Counted from the whole stretch's first letter, positions 1-12,518 are shown. The stretch is 61,005 nucleotides of DNA, filler included, from Nitrospinae bacterium RIFCSPLOWO2_12_FULL_45_22 (GCA_001803565.1; 5 parts of 5 records of this genome joined end to end with filler, not necessarily neighbours in it); one strand, 5' to 3'. Notes: generated by a model from the letters alone, not told the origin. Program-made: numbers and translations.

Positions 1-105
1 CCGATCTCGGTCTCGCTCTATATAAAACTCTGTTAAGGCACCATTTTCTAGTAGTGCTAGCCGGGTCTCTAAACTATTGGTATTTATTACTATCTCATTG
101 CCCAT
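1..105 (-). CDS. Rne/Rng (RNase E/G) family ribonuclease, N-terminal part; runs off the window edge
   Basis: Manual translation gives MGNEIVINTNSLETRLALLENGALTEFYIERDRDR, which resembles the RNase E/G N-terminus. This gene commonly follows TIGR03960/TIGR03936 genes. Confidence 0.85.
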   Translation of the reverse strand, partial: MGNEIVINTNSLETRLALLENGALTEFYIERDRDR

Positions 106-260
106 ATTGAGTTGTGATCATTAGTCATCAGCGGCGAAATAGTCTCCGGTAGTTACAATCTCCCAAACCAGATCCGCTAATCTCTCTGATAATTGATAAA
201 CTTTCCAAATATCTTATATCCGTAACTGTCCCCCAATGGCCAATGACCAATGACTAATGC

Positions 261-2753
261 TTAAAAATGGTCGGGGGCTAGCTTTTTGATGCGTATAGAG
301 GAGAACTTAGCCATATCTTCCTCATAAATCTTCTCTAAGACCTCAGTAGGTTTAGCACTGCCCTGAGGGTGATTCTTTAAAACCAGCTCTAGACAAGGGG
401 TCTTTTCGTCCTCATTAATCAGGTTGATAGAGCCGACCAGGGGTCTTATATCTATGACCTTTTCCTGACCCTCTTTTTGTCGTCGAACAAGGGCCTTTTC
501 CTGCTTCATAAAATTATTTATCCGTTCCTTATGGGAGCTCCTTATATTCTCTCCTCTCTTTATTTCTATATCTATTTTAAACTTAAAGTTTTCCTGGGCC
601 AAGGCTATAGGTGGATAACCCGGAGAAATCCTCTGCCACGATGTTACCCGTAAACCGTAGGGTAACTGAGAATTGAGCTGGTCAATTAAAGTCATTATCT
701 TAGCATTGGCCGTAAGTTCTATATCCACAAATTCCCCTTCGCTCTCTACCCCAACCGGTAAGGCCTGACCAAGGGAGATCTTTGGGTGGGGATGAGCTCC
801 TTGGGAATAAATAATCGGTATTTGGCTCCGGCGAGAAGCCCGGTAGAAAAGTTGCTGGAATTCTAAATGGGAGAGGTAGCGCATTGGGCCTTTTTTCTCC
901 AGTTTCAGTCTTATCCTTTCCGACCGTCTTTTTCCCGGCTCAGGATGGTGTAGGGGGAGGCTATTCAGACAAGGGGCCTCTAGGGGTTTGGTGGTTAATG
1001 GCTGGCAGCCTATCCCGCAGTTTAAGCATTGGCCTATCCGGCAATCTGGAGTAGATACGGCTTTCTGGGATCGGATAAATTCTTCCCACAAGAATTCTTT
1101 CTTTACCCCAGTAGATATATGTTCCCAGTAAAGGGTTTCTTCGGGGTTTTTGACAGTGTTAGCATAAGCCTTAGGGTCCAAGCCACAATAATGGAAGGCC
1201 TCCAGCCATTTTTGGAAATCCAGTTTCTCACTCCAGCTATCGAACCGGCAGCCTAAGTGGTAGGCCCTTTCAATAACTGTGGCTAGCTTTTTATCACCCC
1301 GGGCTATTACGGCTTCGAGAAAGCTTATTTCTGGCAGTTGCCATCTGACTATAAACCGTCCATCTTTTAACCGATGGCGAATATAGCGCAATTTTTCCTT
1401 CAGGGCAGCTAGCTCTTCTTGGGGTAACCACTGGAAAGGGGTGTGAGGTTTAGGGACAAACGGGGATAAGCTGACAGATACCCTGCGTATCCTCCTATTT
1501 TTATTATTCTTTCCTGATGCTAATACCTTCTGGCAAAGCGAAATAATACCATCTATGTCTTCTTGTGTTTCTGTAGGTAAGCCTATCATAAAATAGAGCT
1601 TTAATGCGTCCCAGCCAGCATCTAATAGCCTTTCGATATCTTTTAAGAGTTGCTCCTCCGCCATCTCTTTGTTAATAGCTTTTCTTAATCGCTCAGTGCC
1701 AGCTTCGGGTACCAGGGTGAATCCCGTTTTCCTTACCTTTCCGATCTCTTCCAGGATCGTAGAATTTAGGCTGCCAGGCCGCAAGGTAGGTAAAGATAGA
1801 GAAATTCTTTGATGCACCAGATATTGCATTAGATCTGCCACCAATGGGGTAAGGCAGCTATATTCTCCGGTATTAAGAGAAACCAAACTGATCTCATCAT
1901 ACCCGGTATTGCGCAGGGATTCTATGGTTAATACTTTAATCTTTTCCGGACTCCTCTCCCTCAGCGGCCTATAAATTATCCCTGCCTGACAGAAACGACA
2001 CCCCCGGCTACAACCGCGGGCTATCTCCAACACTATACGGTCATGAACGATTTTAGGATAAGGGACAATAGGGCTAACTGGATAAGGGGCTGAGTCTAAA
2101 TCCTGAATAACCCTCTTCTTGGTACATTTTGTCCCATTTATTCCAGTAAGGGACGGGACATATATCCCGGGTATCTTGTTTAACTCCTTCAGGAGTTGCT
2201 CTTTTGTGCCCGAGGCATCTCGCCATTGTTGATAGGTATCTACCAATTCCAGGATAACCTCTTCTCCTTCCCCAATAACGAATAGGTCTATGAATGGGGC
2301 TAGAGGTTCAGGGTTAAAAGCACCAGGCCCACCAGCAATGACTATGGGTAGGTCCCTGTCTCTTTCGGATGCCTTGAGGGGTATCTGGCCCAGGTTGAGG
2401 ATGTTTAAGATATTAGTATAGGTCAATTCGTATTGGAGAGAGAAACCGATCAGGTCAAATTTATGGAGAGGCCGGCTAGTTTCCAGGCTGGTGAGGGGGT
2501 AACCATGCCTTCTTAGCAGGGTCTCGTAATCTAAGTCAGGGGCAAAAAGACGCTCGGCGGCCGTATCAGTCCTTTGATTAAGGACATGGTATAAAATCTT
2601 GAGCCCCAGGTGCGACATCCCGATCTCGTATAAGTCAGGAAAAACCAGGGCGATATAGGTTCTGGCCTTATCCTTCTCTACTGCATTAATTTCACCACCC
2701 AGGTAGCGGGAGGGTCTCTGTATATAAGGTATTATATCGCTCCATATGTCCAC
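261..2753 (-). CDS. TIGR03960-family B12-binding radical SAM protein fused to a C-terminal TIGR03936/DUF2344 domain
   Basis: PSRYLGGE start, FPDLYEIGMSHLG and radical SAM CxxxCxxC (GCSRGCRFC). The C-terminal RYLSHLE...YSQG.HPHPK...ALPVG matches DUF2344. Lies downstream of rodA. Confidence 0.92.
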   Translation of the reverse strand: MDIWSDIIPYIQRPSRYLGGEINAVEKDKARTYIALVFPDLYEIGMSHLGLKILYHVLNQRTDTAAERLFAPDLDYETLLRRHGYPLTSLETSRPLHKFDLIGFSLQYELTYTNILNILNLGQIPLKASERDRDLPIVIAGGPGAFNPEPLAPFIDLFVIGEGEEVILELVDTYQQWRDASGTKEQLLKELNKIPGIYVPSLTGINGTKCTKKRVIQDLDSAPYPVSPIVPYPKIVHDRIVLEIARGCSRGCRFCQAGIIYRPLRERSPEKIKVLTIESLRNTGYDEISLVSLNTGEYSCLTPLVADLMQYLVHQRISLSLPTLRPGSLNSTILEEIGKVRKTGFTLVPEAGTERLRKAINKEMAEEQLLKDIERLLDAGWDALKLYFMIGLPTETQEDIDGIISLCQKVLASGKNNKNRRIRRVSVSLSPFVPKPHTPFQWLPQEELAALKEKLRYIRHRLKDGRFIVRWQLPEISFLEAVIARGDKKLATVIERAYHLGCRFDSWSEKLDFQKWLEAFHYCGLDPKAYANTVKNPEETLYWEHISTGVKKEFLWEEFIRSQKAVSTPDCRIGQCLNCGIGCQPLTTKPLEAPCLNSLPLHHPEPGKRRSERIRLKLEKKGPMRYLSHLEFQQLFYRASRRSQIPIIYSQGAHPHPKISLGQALPVGVESEGEFVDIELTANAKIMTLIDQLNSQLPYGLRVTSWQRISPGYPPIALAQENFKFKIDIEIKRGENIRSSHKERINNFMKQEKALVRRQKEGQEKVIDIRPLVGSINLINEDEKTPCLELVLKNHPQGSAKPTEVLEKIYEEDMAKFSSIRIKKLAPDHF

Positions 2754-2756
2754 AGC

Positions 2757-3845
2757 TTAATGTAAAAACCTCCTCATCCTTATATTTAATAACAAGCCAA
2801 TACCCATGAGATTGGTGAGCATAGAAGAACCACCATAACTCATAAACGGGAGCGGTAGCCCGACAATGGGTAGCAAGCCTATAGCCATGCCGATATTGAA
2901 AAATATATGTAAGCCGAACATTCCACTAACCCCGGCCGCTATCAGAGTCCCTAGCTTGTCCGGGGCTTTAATGGCAACCTCAAAGGTTCTTAGTATCAGA
3001 AATAAATAAAGGATGATCAGGGTAGTTGTCCCTATAAAGCCAAGTTCTTCTCCTATGACCGAGAAGATGAAGTCAGTATATTTTTCTGGTAAGAAATTCA
3101 ATCTGCTTTGAGTACCAGCCAGGAACCCTTTCCCTAATAATCCACCTGACCCAACCCCAATCTTTGATTGGAGACTATGATACCCCGCTCCCAGGGTATC
3201 GGTATTAGGATTTAATAAGATTAATATCCGAGATTTTTGATAATCTTTCAGATGATGCCAGCCAAAAGGTAATAAGGTTATTCCTATCAGCATCAGGATT
3301 AATAAAGATCGGTTGTTTATACCGGCTATGAAGCTGAGTAATAAGAAGAGTGATACTATTATTAAAGCAGTTCCCAGGTCGGGCTGCTTAATAATCAACA
3401 GGCAAGGTAGGGCTGCCAATAGGCCGGGTATTAAGAGCTGATATATCCGGTAGGGTTGTTTCGTTTTGCTATTGCTATAGTATCTGGCCAGGGTAATAAT
3501 AATGACTAACTTTGTCAGTTCAGATGGTTGTAGAGATAAGGGGCCCAGGGAGAGCCAGCGTTGGGCACCAGAAACCGTCTTGCCAGATAACTCTACAGCC
3601 ACCAGGGTAGCAATGGCTAAGGCATAAATGAAATAGGATGATTTTGCTATGGTCGTATAATCTACACTGATAACAATTATTAAACCAACCAACCCGAAGC
3701 CCAGCCAAAATATCTGTTTAAAATAGGTATTTTCTCCGTCGCCACCAGCCGCACTATAAATAGCCATTAACCCAAAGAAGGCAATAACCAGGGTTAAACC
3801 CAGTAATATCCAGTCAATATTTATTATCAGCCTACGGTCAAACAT
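2757..3845 (-). CDS. rodA: Rod shape-determining SEDS glycosyltransferase RodA
   Basis: GAQRW, QPSE, QPDLGTA, PEKYTDFIF and LPFMSYGGS motifs; directly follows mrdA. Confidence 0.95.
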   Translation of the reverse strand: MFDRRLIINIDWILLGLTLVIAFFGLMAIYSAAGGDGENTYFKQIFWLGFGLVGLIIVISVDYTTIAKSSYFIYALAIATLVAVELSGKTVSGAQRWLSLGPLSLQPSELTKLVIIITLARYYSNSKTKQPYRIYQLLIPGLLAALPCLLIIKQPDLGTALIIVSLFLLLSFIAGINNRSLLILMLIGITLLPFGWHHLKDYQKSRILILLNPNTDTLGAGYHSLQSKIGVGSGGLLGKGFLAGTQSRLNFLPEKYTDFIFSVIGEELGFIGTTTLIILYLFLILRTFEVAIKAPDKLGTLIAAGVSGMFGLHIFFNIGMAIGLLPIVGLPLPFMSYGGSSMLTNLMGIGLLLNIRMRRFLH

Positions 3846-5714
3846 CTATTCTCTCTTAGCCTCCACCTGGGTAGCTGGTATTACCCGAGGCTTGAAATAA
3901 AATTCTATGACCTTTCCGGCAAAAGGGGCAGCCGCTGCCCCACCTTTTCCACTGTGTTCTGCCAGAATAGCCATAGCAATTTGGGGATGGTCAACGGGGG
4001 CAAAGGCCACAAACCAGGCATGGGTTTTAAGATGCTCCGGGCCTTTTTCGCCTCCACCTTTGCTCAAACCCACTATCTGGGCAGTGCCGGTTTTACCTGC
4101 AGCTTCGATGCCAGGGGCCTGTGCCTTACTACCCGTCCCCCCCGGCGCATTAACTACACCCCATAATCCTTTTCTGATAATAGCTAAAGTAGAGGGTTGT
4201 AAAGATATTGTACGGATGAGCTGCGGGTTAAATTCCTTTATAATACGACCATCAGGAGATTCTATCCTTTTAACTAACAAAGGTTTATACACCTTCCCTC
4301 CATTAGCTACCGCACTAATCATAGTTGCTAATTGTAAGGGTGTGACCGATATATACCCCTGTCCAATAGATACCGATATGGTCTCTCCGGGATACCATTT
4401 CTGGCCCAATACCTCCTTCTTCCAGATATTGGAAGGTACTATGCCACCTTTCTCATTGGTCAGGCCAATGCCAACGGGATTGCCCAGCCCATACAGGGAA
4501 GCATATTTCGCTATCCTATCAATCCCTAACCGGGCACCTACATTATAGAAAAAAACATTACAGGACTCGACCAATGCCTTATGAATGTCTACGGAACCGT
4601 GACCCCTTTCCCGCCAGCATTGGAAGGCCCTGCCACCAAAAGGGAAATAGCCTGGACAATAGAAACGAGTAGCAGGTGTGATAACACCACTCTCTAGTCC
4701 GGCAGTAGCGATAATGATCTTGAATACTGAGCCGGGCGAGTATTGTCCTTGAATAACCCGGTTTTGCAAGGGCTTCGTCCTATTACTGATTAAGTTGACC
4801 CAATTTTGTTGGGAGATACCGCCGGAAAAGAGGTTAGGGTCAAAAGCTGGATGACTAACCAGGGCCAGAACCTCGCCATTGTTTGGGTTTAATACCACAA
4901 CTGCCCCGGATTTATCTTTAAATACATCCTCAATGAAACGCTGGAGTTCTAAGTCTATAGTTAAAACTAGATTATTACTCGGTCTCAATACCTCTTTTTT
5001 AAGCAATTTAAGTTCCCGGCCCAGGGAATCAACCTCCACTAATCGCTCTCCCTTATTCCCTCGAAGAAAGCCCTCAAGTTCCTTCTCCAGCCCATATTGT
5101 CCTGTTAGATCACCTAATCGGTAGAAGGAAGTATGGGAGTTTTTATGGACCTGGAGCTGTTTTTCATTAATTTCTCCTACGTAGCCCACGACATGTGAGG
5201 CTAGTGGGCCATAGATATAGTTTCGGAGTGGTTCTATCTGCAACCCGATTCCAGGAAGGTCCAGCTTATGCTCTTCTATAAAGGCGAGATCAGCGTGAGC
5301 AATATCTCGCTTTAGTATGATATCCTTTTCCAGGTAAGAAAACTTTATCTTTTTCTCTATTTCTGCCGGGGTGAGGTCCAGGCGATTCTGACAAAGGGAA
5401 AGGATAAATTTCAGGTCTTGCACATCTTCTGGGGTAAGGGTCAGGTTAAAAGAAGGCCGGTTAGTAACAATAACTGCCTTGTGCCTGTCATAGATAATAC
5501 CGCGGGGACCATTGACGATAACATTCCGGATGCGGTTATTTTCTGATAGGGATTTATATTTATCATAATTGATAATCTGTAATTCCCAGAGCCTTAGAAC
5601 AATCAAGGCCAGTAATAGACAGAAGCTAATCCTGACAAAAGTTATTCTAGCCTTTAATCCCTCTAAATCACCAGATTTAAAGAATTTAGCACGCATCAGG
5701 GGTACCTCTCTCAA
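3846..5714 (-). CDS. mrdA: Penicillin-binding protein 2 (true start may be a few codons downstream)
   Basis: N-terminal TM helix, PRG.IYDR dimerisation motif, SxxK (GSVFK), SxN (SCN) and KTG; lies in the mre operon. Confidence 0.95.
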   Translation of the reverse strand: MREVPLMRAKFFKSGDLEGLKARITFVRISFCLLLALIVLRLWELQIINYDKYKSLSENNRIRNVIVNGPRGIIYDRHKAVIVTNRPSFNLTLTPEDVQDLKFILSLCQNRLDLTPAEIEKKIKFSYLEKDIILKRDIAHADLAFIEEHKLDLPGIGLQIEPLRNYIYGPLASHVVGYVGEINEKQLQVHKNSHTSFYRLGDLTGQYGLEKELEGFLRGNKGERLVEVDSLGRELKLLKKEVLRPSNNLVLTIDLELQRFIEDVFKDKSGAVVVLNPNNGEVLALVSHPAFDPNLFSGGISQQNWVNLISNRTKPLQNRVIQGQYSPGSVFKIIIATAGLESGVITPATRFYCPGYFPFGGRAFQCWRERGHGSVDIHKALVESCNVFFYNVGARLGIDRIAKYASLYGLGNPVGIGLTNEKGGIVPSNIWKKEVLGQKWYPGETISVSIGQGYISVTPLQLATMISAVANGGKVYKPLLVKRIESPDGRIIKEFNPQLIRTISLQPSTLAIIRKGLWGVVNAPGGTGSKAQAPGIEAAGKTGTAQIVGLSKGGGEKGPEHLKTHAWFVAFAPVDHPQIAMAILAEHSGKGGAAAAPFAGKVIEFYFKPRVIPATQVEAKRE

Positions 5715-6229
5715 GAGCGGACATAATAGACTGGTCTCTTTCGGGTCTTTACTGCCTCTTCCAGCTTAAGCAGATATGAGATTAAGGGTATTCCTAATAA
5801 GGTATTCAAGGCAAATTTAATAAACATAGTACTTAAAAAGATATGCAGGGTTAAACTCTTCTCTAATAAAGAGCTTGTGGTCACCAAGAGAAGGGCGCTA
5901 TCTATGAGACTCCCTAAGAGAAAGAAGAGCAATTGAGTTATTGAATGAACCCGAAGAAATCTACTCGATATAATCTTAGATAATAAACTTAACAGCCCTT
6001 TAGAGAGAGTATTAACCCCAGCAATACCCCCCCCGATCAGGTCTTGCAGCAGACCCAAGCCCAGGCCGTAAAGATAGCCCTTATCATAGCTTCGCATAAT
6101 AATACTGAAATATATGGTCATTATTAAAAACAAATCCGGAGTGAGATGCTGAAAAGAAAGGAATGGAAGGAAGGTGTACTGGAATATGGGGATAAGAAAG
6201 ATTATAAAGGCAGTAAAGACAAATTTCAT
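5711..6229 (-). CDS. mreD: Rod shape-determining protein MreD
   Basis: Hydrophobic 172-aa protein with PDL and GLLQD motifs, between mreC and mrdA. Confidence 0.88.
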   Translation of the reverse strand: MKFVFTAFIIFLIPIFQYTFLPFLSFQHLTPDLFLIMTIYFSIIMRSYDKGYLYGLGLGLLQDLIGGGIAGVNTLSKGLLSLLSKIISSRFLRVHSITQLLFFLLGSLIDSALLLVTTSSLLEKSLTLHIFLSTMFIKFALNTLLGIPLISYLLKLEEAVKTRKRPVYYVRS

Positions 6230-6320
6230 AATCTTTTTCTTTTTATCTTCCTATGATATATGGAACGTCATTGGTCACTGGTCATTAGTTTAAAGCCTTA
6301 TAGCCTGCATTGGCCAATGA

Positions 6321-7136
6321 CTAATGACTAATGACATTAGTTATAACCAGTACTTCTTCTAATTTGTCCATATCCACACTGGGAATTATCTCGGCGTCTA
6401 AGAAAAAACTGCTATCTTTCTCGATTATTTTTTTTACCCAGCCGATTAATAGCCCTTTGGGGAAAATACCGCCTAACCCGGAGGATATGATGCGGTCTCC
6501 TACCTTAACATCAGCATTGAGATTAAGATATTTCACCTTGTAACTATTAGTCCCACTACCTATAACGATGCCACTGCTGCGGCTTCGCTGGATAAGAGCC
6601 GCGACAGAACTCCTGCTATCGGTCAGTAATAATACCTTTGAGCTATTGGGAGCAGCCACGATTATTTGTCCTACTAAACCATTGGGCCCTACTACTGTCA
6701 TTCCCTTCATTATCCCTTGCTGGGAGCCCTTATTAATAAAGATAGTACTAAACCAACCATTAATATCCCGGCCTATTACTTCGGCTGGGATAGTCTTGAA
6801 ATTTAATGCCTGTTTAAATTCTGATAATTTTAAGAGGCGCTTATAACTATTCTCTATTTCAGTAAAGCGATTATTTTCACTAAGTAATTTATCCAGTTGC
6901 TTTTTTAAACGCTCATTCTCCTCTTTTACATCAACTAAATAAATATAATGCCCCCAGCCCTGGTGGATTTTTTTTAACCCCTGGATGATCTTGGCTTGGA
7001 TAGGGGCAAAGAGATATAGGATGAGTCTTTCTGGTAAGTTAATAGGATAGACTACCCCTTTAATATTTAGGGTAATCAAACAGATAGAGATAGATATGAT
7101 TACTAATAATGGTACAAGATAATTTTTTCTCTTCAA
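6321..7136 (-). CDS. mreC: Rod shape-determining protein MreC
   Basis: TM helix, coiled coil, AEVIGR, INKGS, GLVG and SGLGGIFPKG motifs. Confidence 0.95.
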   Translation of the reverse strand: MKRKNYLVPLLVIISISICLITLNIKGVVYPINLPERLILYLFAPIQAKIIQGLKKIHQGWGHYIYLVDVKEENERLKKQLDKLLSENNRFTEIENSYKRLLKLSEFKQALNFKTIPAEVIGRDINGWFSTIFINKGSQQGIMKGMTVVGPNGLVGQIIVAAPNSSKVLLLTDSRSSVAALIQRSRSSGIVIGSGTNSYKVKYLNLNADVKVGDRIISSGLGGIFPKGLLIGWVKKIIEKDSSFFLDAEIIPSVDMDKLEEVLVITNVISH

Positions 7137-7142
7137 GATGCT

Positions 7143-8180
<1,038 letters not shown>

Positions 8181-8516
8181 TTAATAAGGGTATCCTTAAT
8201 TTTCCAGTTAAGTTTGTTACCACAAAGACACAAAGAAATTAATTGACAACCCTTCGGCTGCTCCCCATGAAGCTAAAAGGGCGAGGCGCAAAGTGTAAAG
8301 CTAAGGAATAATCCCTTAATTTTGCGCTTTTCGCTTTAAACTTTGCATTTCCTTAGTGTTCTTTGTGGCTTTGTGGTTCATCTTAAATTTGTTATTAAAT
8401 AATACCAATTTAGACTAAAAATAGCAACGGCCGTTTGCGGGGTATTGCAACCGGCTACAATATCCTTTATTATAAACCTCTGTTCAAAGAATAAGACAAA
8501 TGGGAGATAAGGAGCG

Positions 8517-10421
8517 ATGTTTAGTATTCTAAGAGAATATGCCAGGTCTTGGTGGTTTAAAGCTATACTGCTTTCCATAGTATTTAGTTTTCTAGGGACT
8601 ATCTTCTGGATCTGGGGTCGGGGGAGCTCTCAGGCCCCTTCCCGGCTTATTGCCGACGTAAATGGAGAGGAGATCAGTTTTAGTGAGTATCAAGAAGTTT
8701 ATGATAATTTGCATAATTTTTATTCTAGAATTTATCGAGATAATTTCACACCGGAGCTTTTGGAAAAGCTGGATTTGAAAAGGGCTGCCCTCAACCAGTT
8801 GATACGAAAGCGGCTGATCTTGTCCCAGGCTAAAGAGCTAGGGATTAAGGTTTCAGATCAAGAGCTTTTTGATTGGATTAAACAGACCCCTGCTTTCCAA
8901 AGGGATGGGGTTTTTGATTATTCCAGGTATCTAAACACCCTCAGTAACCAGCGGGTGGATAGCAAGAAGTTTGAAGAAGAGCAGAGGGAAGCCCTACTTT
9001 TAAAAAAGCTAGAAGATCTGATTAAAGATAGTGTTAAAGTATCAGACCTCGAGTTAAAGGAGGCATATAGTCGAGAAAAAGAAGAGGTTCAGGTGGAATA
9101 CCTCCTTCTAAAACCTGATCTATTCACAGACAGAATAGGATTGAGTGAGGAGGAGATAAAAAAATATTATAATAAGGCAAAGGAATCCTTCAGACGGCCT
9201 ACTACTATCAGAGTTGAGTATGTCCTTTTTAGTCCCAAGGATTATTTGGAGGAGGTAAAAGTTAGTGATAAAGAGATAAAAGATTTTTATAAAGAGAACG
9301 AAGCGGAATACTGGGTACCGAAAAGGCTAAAGGCCCGACATATCCTGTTAAAATTGCCATCAGAACTTAAACCAGAAGAGGAGGCTAAAGCGAAAAAATT
9401 AGCCCAAGACCTTATCGAAAGAATAAAGAAAGGGGAGGACTTTGCCGAACTAGCGAAAAAGCATTCTCAAGACCCGGCTAGCGCTAGCCAGGGGGGCGAT
9501 TTAGGCTATTTTCAATCCGGAGAAATGATCGCTCCCTTTGAAGAAGCGGCCTTCTCTCTCAAGCGAGGGGAAATTAGCCCCCCGGTAAGAACCCCTTTTG
9601 GTTACCATATCATCAAGCTAGAAGATATTCAAGAAGCCCGTACCCTCCCCCTTGCCCAAGTAAGGCAAGGCATCCAGGAGAAGATTGCTACAGAAAAGGC
9701 CCGCCGGTTAGCACGGATAAAGGCCGGTCAATTCCTTCAGGATATTGCTAAGGATAGAATAAGATTCTCTCAGTTGGCTGGGAAATACCATCTGACACCT
9801 AAAACTACCGATTTTTTTAGCCGGGATCAAACCATCCCCGGCGTAGCTAATTCAGCCGAGTTTGTCCAGATGGCCTTCTCGTCCGAAGCAGATAAAATTA
9901 GTTCACCGCTGAGGAGTGATGAGGGGTATTATCTGTTGAAAGTAGTAGCCAGGAAAGAATCCTATATACTCCCCTTAGACGAAGTAAAAGAAAAGGTAAA
10001 AGAGACCTTATTGAAGGGAAAGGCCCGGGGAGAAGCAGCTAAGCAATTAAAAAAGATCGAGGAAGAAGCTAGAAAGGGGGTAACTCTTGAACAGCTAGCA
10101 GCTCCATTGGGTCTGGTGGTGGAAAGAACTGATTTTTTCCCCCGCAATAAGGACTTAGCATCAATCCCCAGTGATCCCCCTTTTATCAAAGCGGCTTTTG
10201 CCCTGGCAAGACAAGGTGATGTTAACGGGATTGATACCCCCGAAGGCCTTTATTTGCTCAGACTGTTAGGGCGAAAAGAGGTGAAGGAAGGGGGGTATAA
10301 AAACGAAGAGGAGACCTTTAAGAAAGAATATTTACAACTAAAGAGCACAAAGTTTTTTTCTGCCTGGCTAGAAAGATTATACCAACAAGCTAAAATCCAA
10401 ATAAGCCAGGAAATGCTTTAG
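8517..10421 (+). CDS. SurA N-terminal domain / parvulin-type peptidylprolyl isomerase (PpiD-like)
   Basis: N-terminal membrane anchor, A.VNGE.IS, and rotamase motifs ARHIL, FAELAK.HS.D..SA..GGDLG and FGYHII. Confidence 0.9.
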   Translation: MFSILREYARSWWFKAILLSIVFSFLGTIFWIWGRGSSQAPSRLIADVNGEEISFSEYQEVYDNLHNFYSRIYRDNFTPELLEKLDLKRAALNQLIRKRLILSQAKELGIKVSDQELFDWIKQTPAFQRDGVFDYSRYLNTLSNQRVDSKKFEEEQREALLLKKLEDLIKDSVKVSDLELKEAYSREKEEVQVEYLLLKPDLFTDRIGLSEEEIKKYYNKAKESFRRPTTIRVEYVLFSPKDYLEEVKVSDKEIKDFYKENEAEYWVPKRLKARHILLKLPSELKPEEEAKAKKLAQDLIERIKKGEDFAELAKKHSQDPASASQGGDLGYFQSGEMIAPFEEAAFSLKRGEISPPVRTPFGYHIIKLEDIQEARTLPLAQVRQGIQEKIATEKARRLARIKAGQFLQDIAKDRIRFSQLAGKYHLTPKTTDFFSRDQTIPGVANSAEFVQMAFSSEADKISSPLRSDEGYYLLKVVARKESYILPLDEVKEKVKETLLKGKARGEAAKQLKKIEEEARKGVTLEQLAAPLGLVVERTDFFPRNKDLASIPSDPPFIKAAFALARQGDVNGIDTPEGLYLLRLLGRKEVKEGGYKNEEETFKKEYLQLKSTKFFSAWLERLYQQAKIQISQEML

Positions 10422-10422
10422 C

Positions 10423-11334
10423 TCAAATAAAATAGAGCCAATCCAAATATTTCTCGTCCTTGCCCTGCACTACATTGAAAAAGGCCTGTTGTAACCTCCG
10501 GGTGACCTCGCCGGGCTTCCCATTGCCCAAGACCCTATTATCAACCTCCTTTATCGGGGTGACTTCTGCAGCCGTGCCACAAAAAAAGGCCTCATCAGCA
10601 ATATATAACTCGTCTCTAGGAAATAACTCTTCTTTGAGAGGGATACCTAAATCATGGGCCAGGGTTATTACTGAATCCCGGGTTATGCCCTCGAGGATAG
10701 AAGTGAGGGGAGGGGTTTTTATAACCCCTTTCCTTAGTATAAAGATATTTTCTCCAGACCCCTGGGCTACATATCCATCAGGGTCAAGCATTACTGCCTC
10801 GTCATAGCCGTGCTCAATAGCCTCGATTTTAGCTAATTGCGAATTAGCATAATTGCCACAAACCTTGGCTTTAGTCATGTTGACATTTATATGATGGCCG
10901 GTATAGGAAGATATCTTTACCCTTATTCCATTAGTTAATGCCCCATCACCTAAGTATACCCCCCACGGCCAAACAGCTATAGCAGTACAGATAGGGATGC
11001 CGCGGTGATTAATACCCATACCGCCATAGCCGATATAAGTAATGGGCCTGATGTAGCATTCCTCTAATTCATTAGCTTTAATAGTCCTGGTAATTGCCTG
11101 GATAATCTCTTCTGGAGAATAATCTATCTTCAGGTGTATTATCTTAATAGAATTGAAAAAGCGGTCTATATGCTCTTTTAGACGGAATATAGCTGACCCT
11201 CTGCTAGTCTTATAACACCTTATCCCTTCAAAAGCCCCTAAACCATAGTGTAACGTATGGGTCAGAATATGAATCTTGGCCTCGTTCCAGTCCACCAGCT
11301 TACCCTCCATCCATATCTTCTTGGTCGGTTCCAT
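10423..11334 (-). CDS. ilvE: Branched-chain amino acid aminotransferase
   Basis: [34 protein letters not shown] and GTAAEV motifs. Confidence 0.95.
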   Translation of the reverse strand: MEPTKKIWMEGKLVDWNEAKIHILTHTLHYGLGAFEGIRCYKTSRGSAIFRLKEHIDRFFNSIKIIHLKIDYSPEEIIQAITRTIKANELEECYIRPITYIGYGGMGINHRGIPICTAIAVWPWGVYLGDGALTNGIRVKISSYTGHHINVNMTKAKVCGNYANSQLAKIEAIEHGYDEAVMLDPDGYVAQGSGENIFILRKGVIKTPPLTSILEGITRDSVITLAHDLGIPLKEELFPRDELYIADEAFFCGTAAEVTPIKEVDNRVLGNGKPGEVTRRLQQAFFNVVQGKDEKYLDWLYFI

Positions 11335-11383
11335 AGATACCCCTTGCTGTTAAGTTAATAACCAAAATAAACTGAGCTTTCAG

Positions 11384-11533
11384 CTTGAGGTTGTCACATT
11401 AAAATTGAACCTCTCGTCTGTCACCCTGAGCCCTTCGCTGTGCTCAGGATAAACTCCGCGACGGGTCTCAGCTTGTAAGGAACGAGATTCTTCGCTTCGC
11501 TCAGAATGACATGGCAAATGTGACAACGTCAAG
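11384..11533. mobile_element. MITE-like element with about 17-bp terminal inverted repeats and internal REP-like hairpins
   Basis: cttgaggttgtcacatt (11384-11400) and aatgtgacaacgtcaag (11517-11533) are inverted with 1 mismatch. The internal agattcttcgcttcgctcagaatgaca also occurs at about 25753-25780. Confidence 0.7.
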
Positions 11534-11652
11534 TTAAAGCTCAAAAGTTACATAATCCAGGGATTTTGTTTAAACATAATTTATAGACAAAAGTCTTTTC
11601 CTGATATTAACCACAGAGAGTAGGCACGAATTAATTCGTGCCTACAAATAAG

Positions 11653-11903
11653 TTCAGACATCTGGAAAATTTGACATAAAATTGCTCATTGGGCATAGGG
11701 ATTTGCCCCGCTAAGACCTCATAGTGCATGATGGGAGAGATTAGCATTTCTAACCCATTGATATTACTACAGATATTTACAACAAAAATTAAGTAAGGTG
11801 CAAGGAATTATGCCCACTTCAAAATTGGCCGTAAACCTTTGTTTTTATAGCCTTTTTGCCAGTTTAGCAAAAAAGGCGGAATTCAAATTTCCAGATGTCT
11901 GAA
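11653..11903. mobile_element. MITE-like element, about 250 bp
   Basis: ttcagacatctggaaaatttga and tcaaatttccagatgtctgaa form an inverted pair with one indel; no ORF of 60 aa or more lies inside. Confidence 0.7.
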
Positions 11904-12080
11904 GTTATCTTAAATGCATTTTCCTCTGTGCTCTCTGTGGTTTCCTAACCATTTTCTACTGATGCGGGAAAAATTAATGTCCATTAAGGGATTAAAAAAG
12001 GCTATAAACAAAACCCCTCTAATCTATATCTAAAGTCTCTCTGAAGTCAAGAGGAATTGTTATCTTGTGTTATCTTGGGA

Positions 12081-12198
12081 CGGTCATGTCAAAGTTGTCT
12101 TGAATTATCTGATTATGTAACTCAAGGCTTTAGCCTTGATAACTCAACCCTGAAGGGTTGAGTTACAGGGCCCATTTAGCATAACTTTGACTTTACCG
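12081..12198. repeat. Inverted-repeat element enclosing a REP-like doublet
   Basis: Ends cggtcatgtcaaagtt and aactttgactttaccg; internal gtaactcaaggctttagccttg...aaccctgaagggttgagttac. Confidence 0.55.
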
Positions 12199-12211
12199 TG
12201 GTTATCTTGGA

Positions 12212-12407
12212 GTTTCCCCAAAATTGTTAAATTAACGCAGGCTAAAGCCTGCGACTACCCCAAAACCGCATTATTAAAATGAAAATTCCTATAGTATTAA
12301 ATTAAGCCCCTATTATACAAGAGGAACCTTCATTTCCACTTCTTTATTTCCGAAAATCCTTTATGGTACAAAATTTATCTCCACTAGAGATAAATTTTTG
12401 GGGAAAC
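12212..12407. repeat. Inverted-repeat element containing a GTAG-type REP (acgcaggctaaagcctgcgactac)
   Basis: Ends gtttccccaaaatt and aatttttggggaaac. Confidence 0.55.
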
Positions 12408-12447
12408 CCCAATGATAAAAATACCTTGACAACCATGATAAAAATAC

Positions 12448-12518
12448 TGTCATCCCAAAATGATAATGTCCTATCTAGCCAAGATAGGAATGTCCTATTT
12501 TGATATAGAATGCCCTTT
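12448..12518 (+). mobile_element. Probable terminus of an IS1202/ISNCY-like insertion sequence at the contig end
   Basis: Starts with TGT and has an internally repeated aatgtcctat twice. The contig breaks immediately after, as expected for a multicopy IS. The family assignment is from recalled end structure only. Confidence 0.45.

Noticed and set aside
11340-12518. Possible CRISPR array in the repeat-rich gap
   Set aside because: There are no regularly spaced identical direct repeats with unique spacers, and no cas genes.
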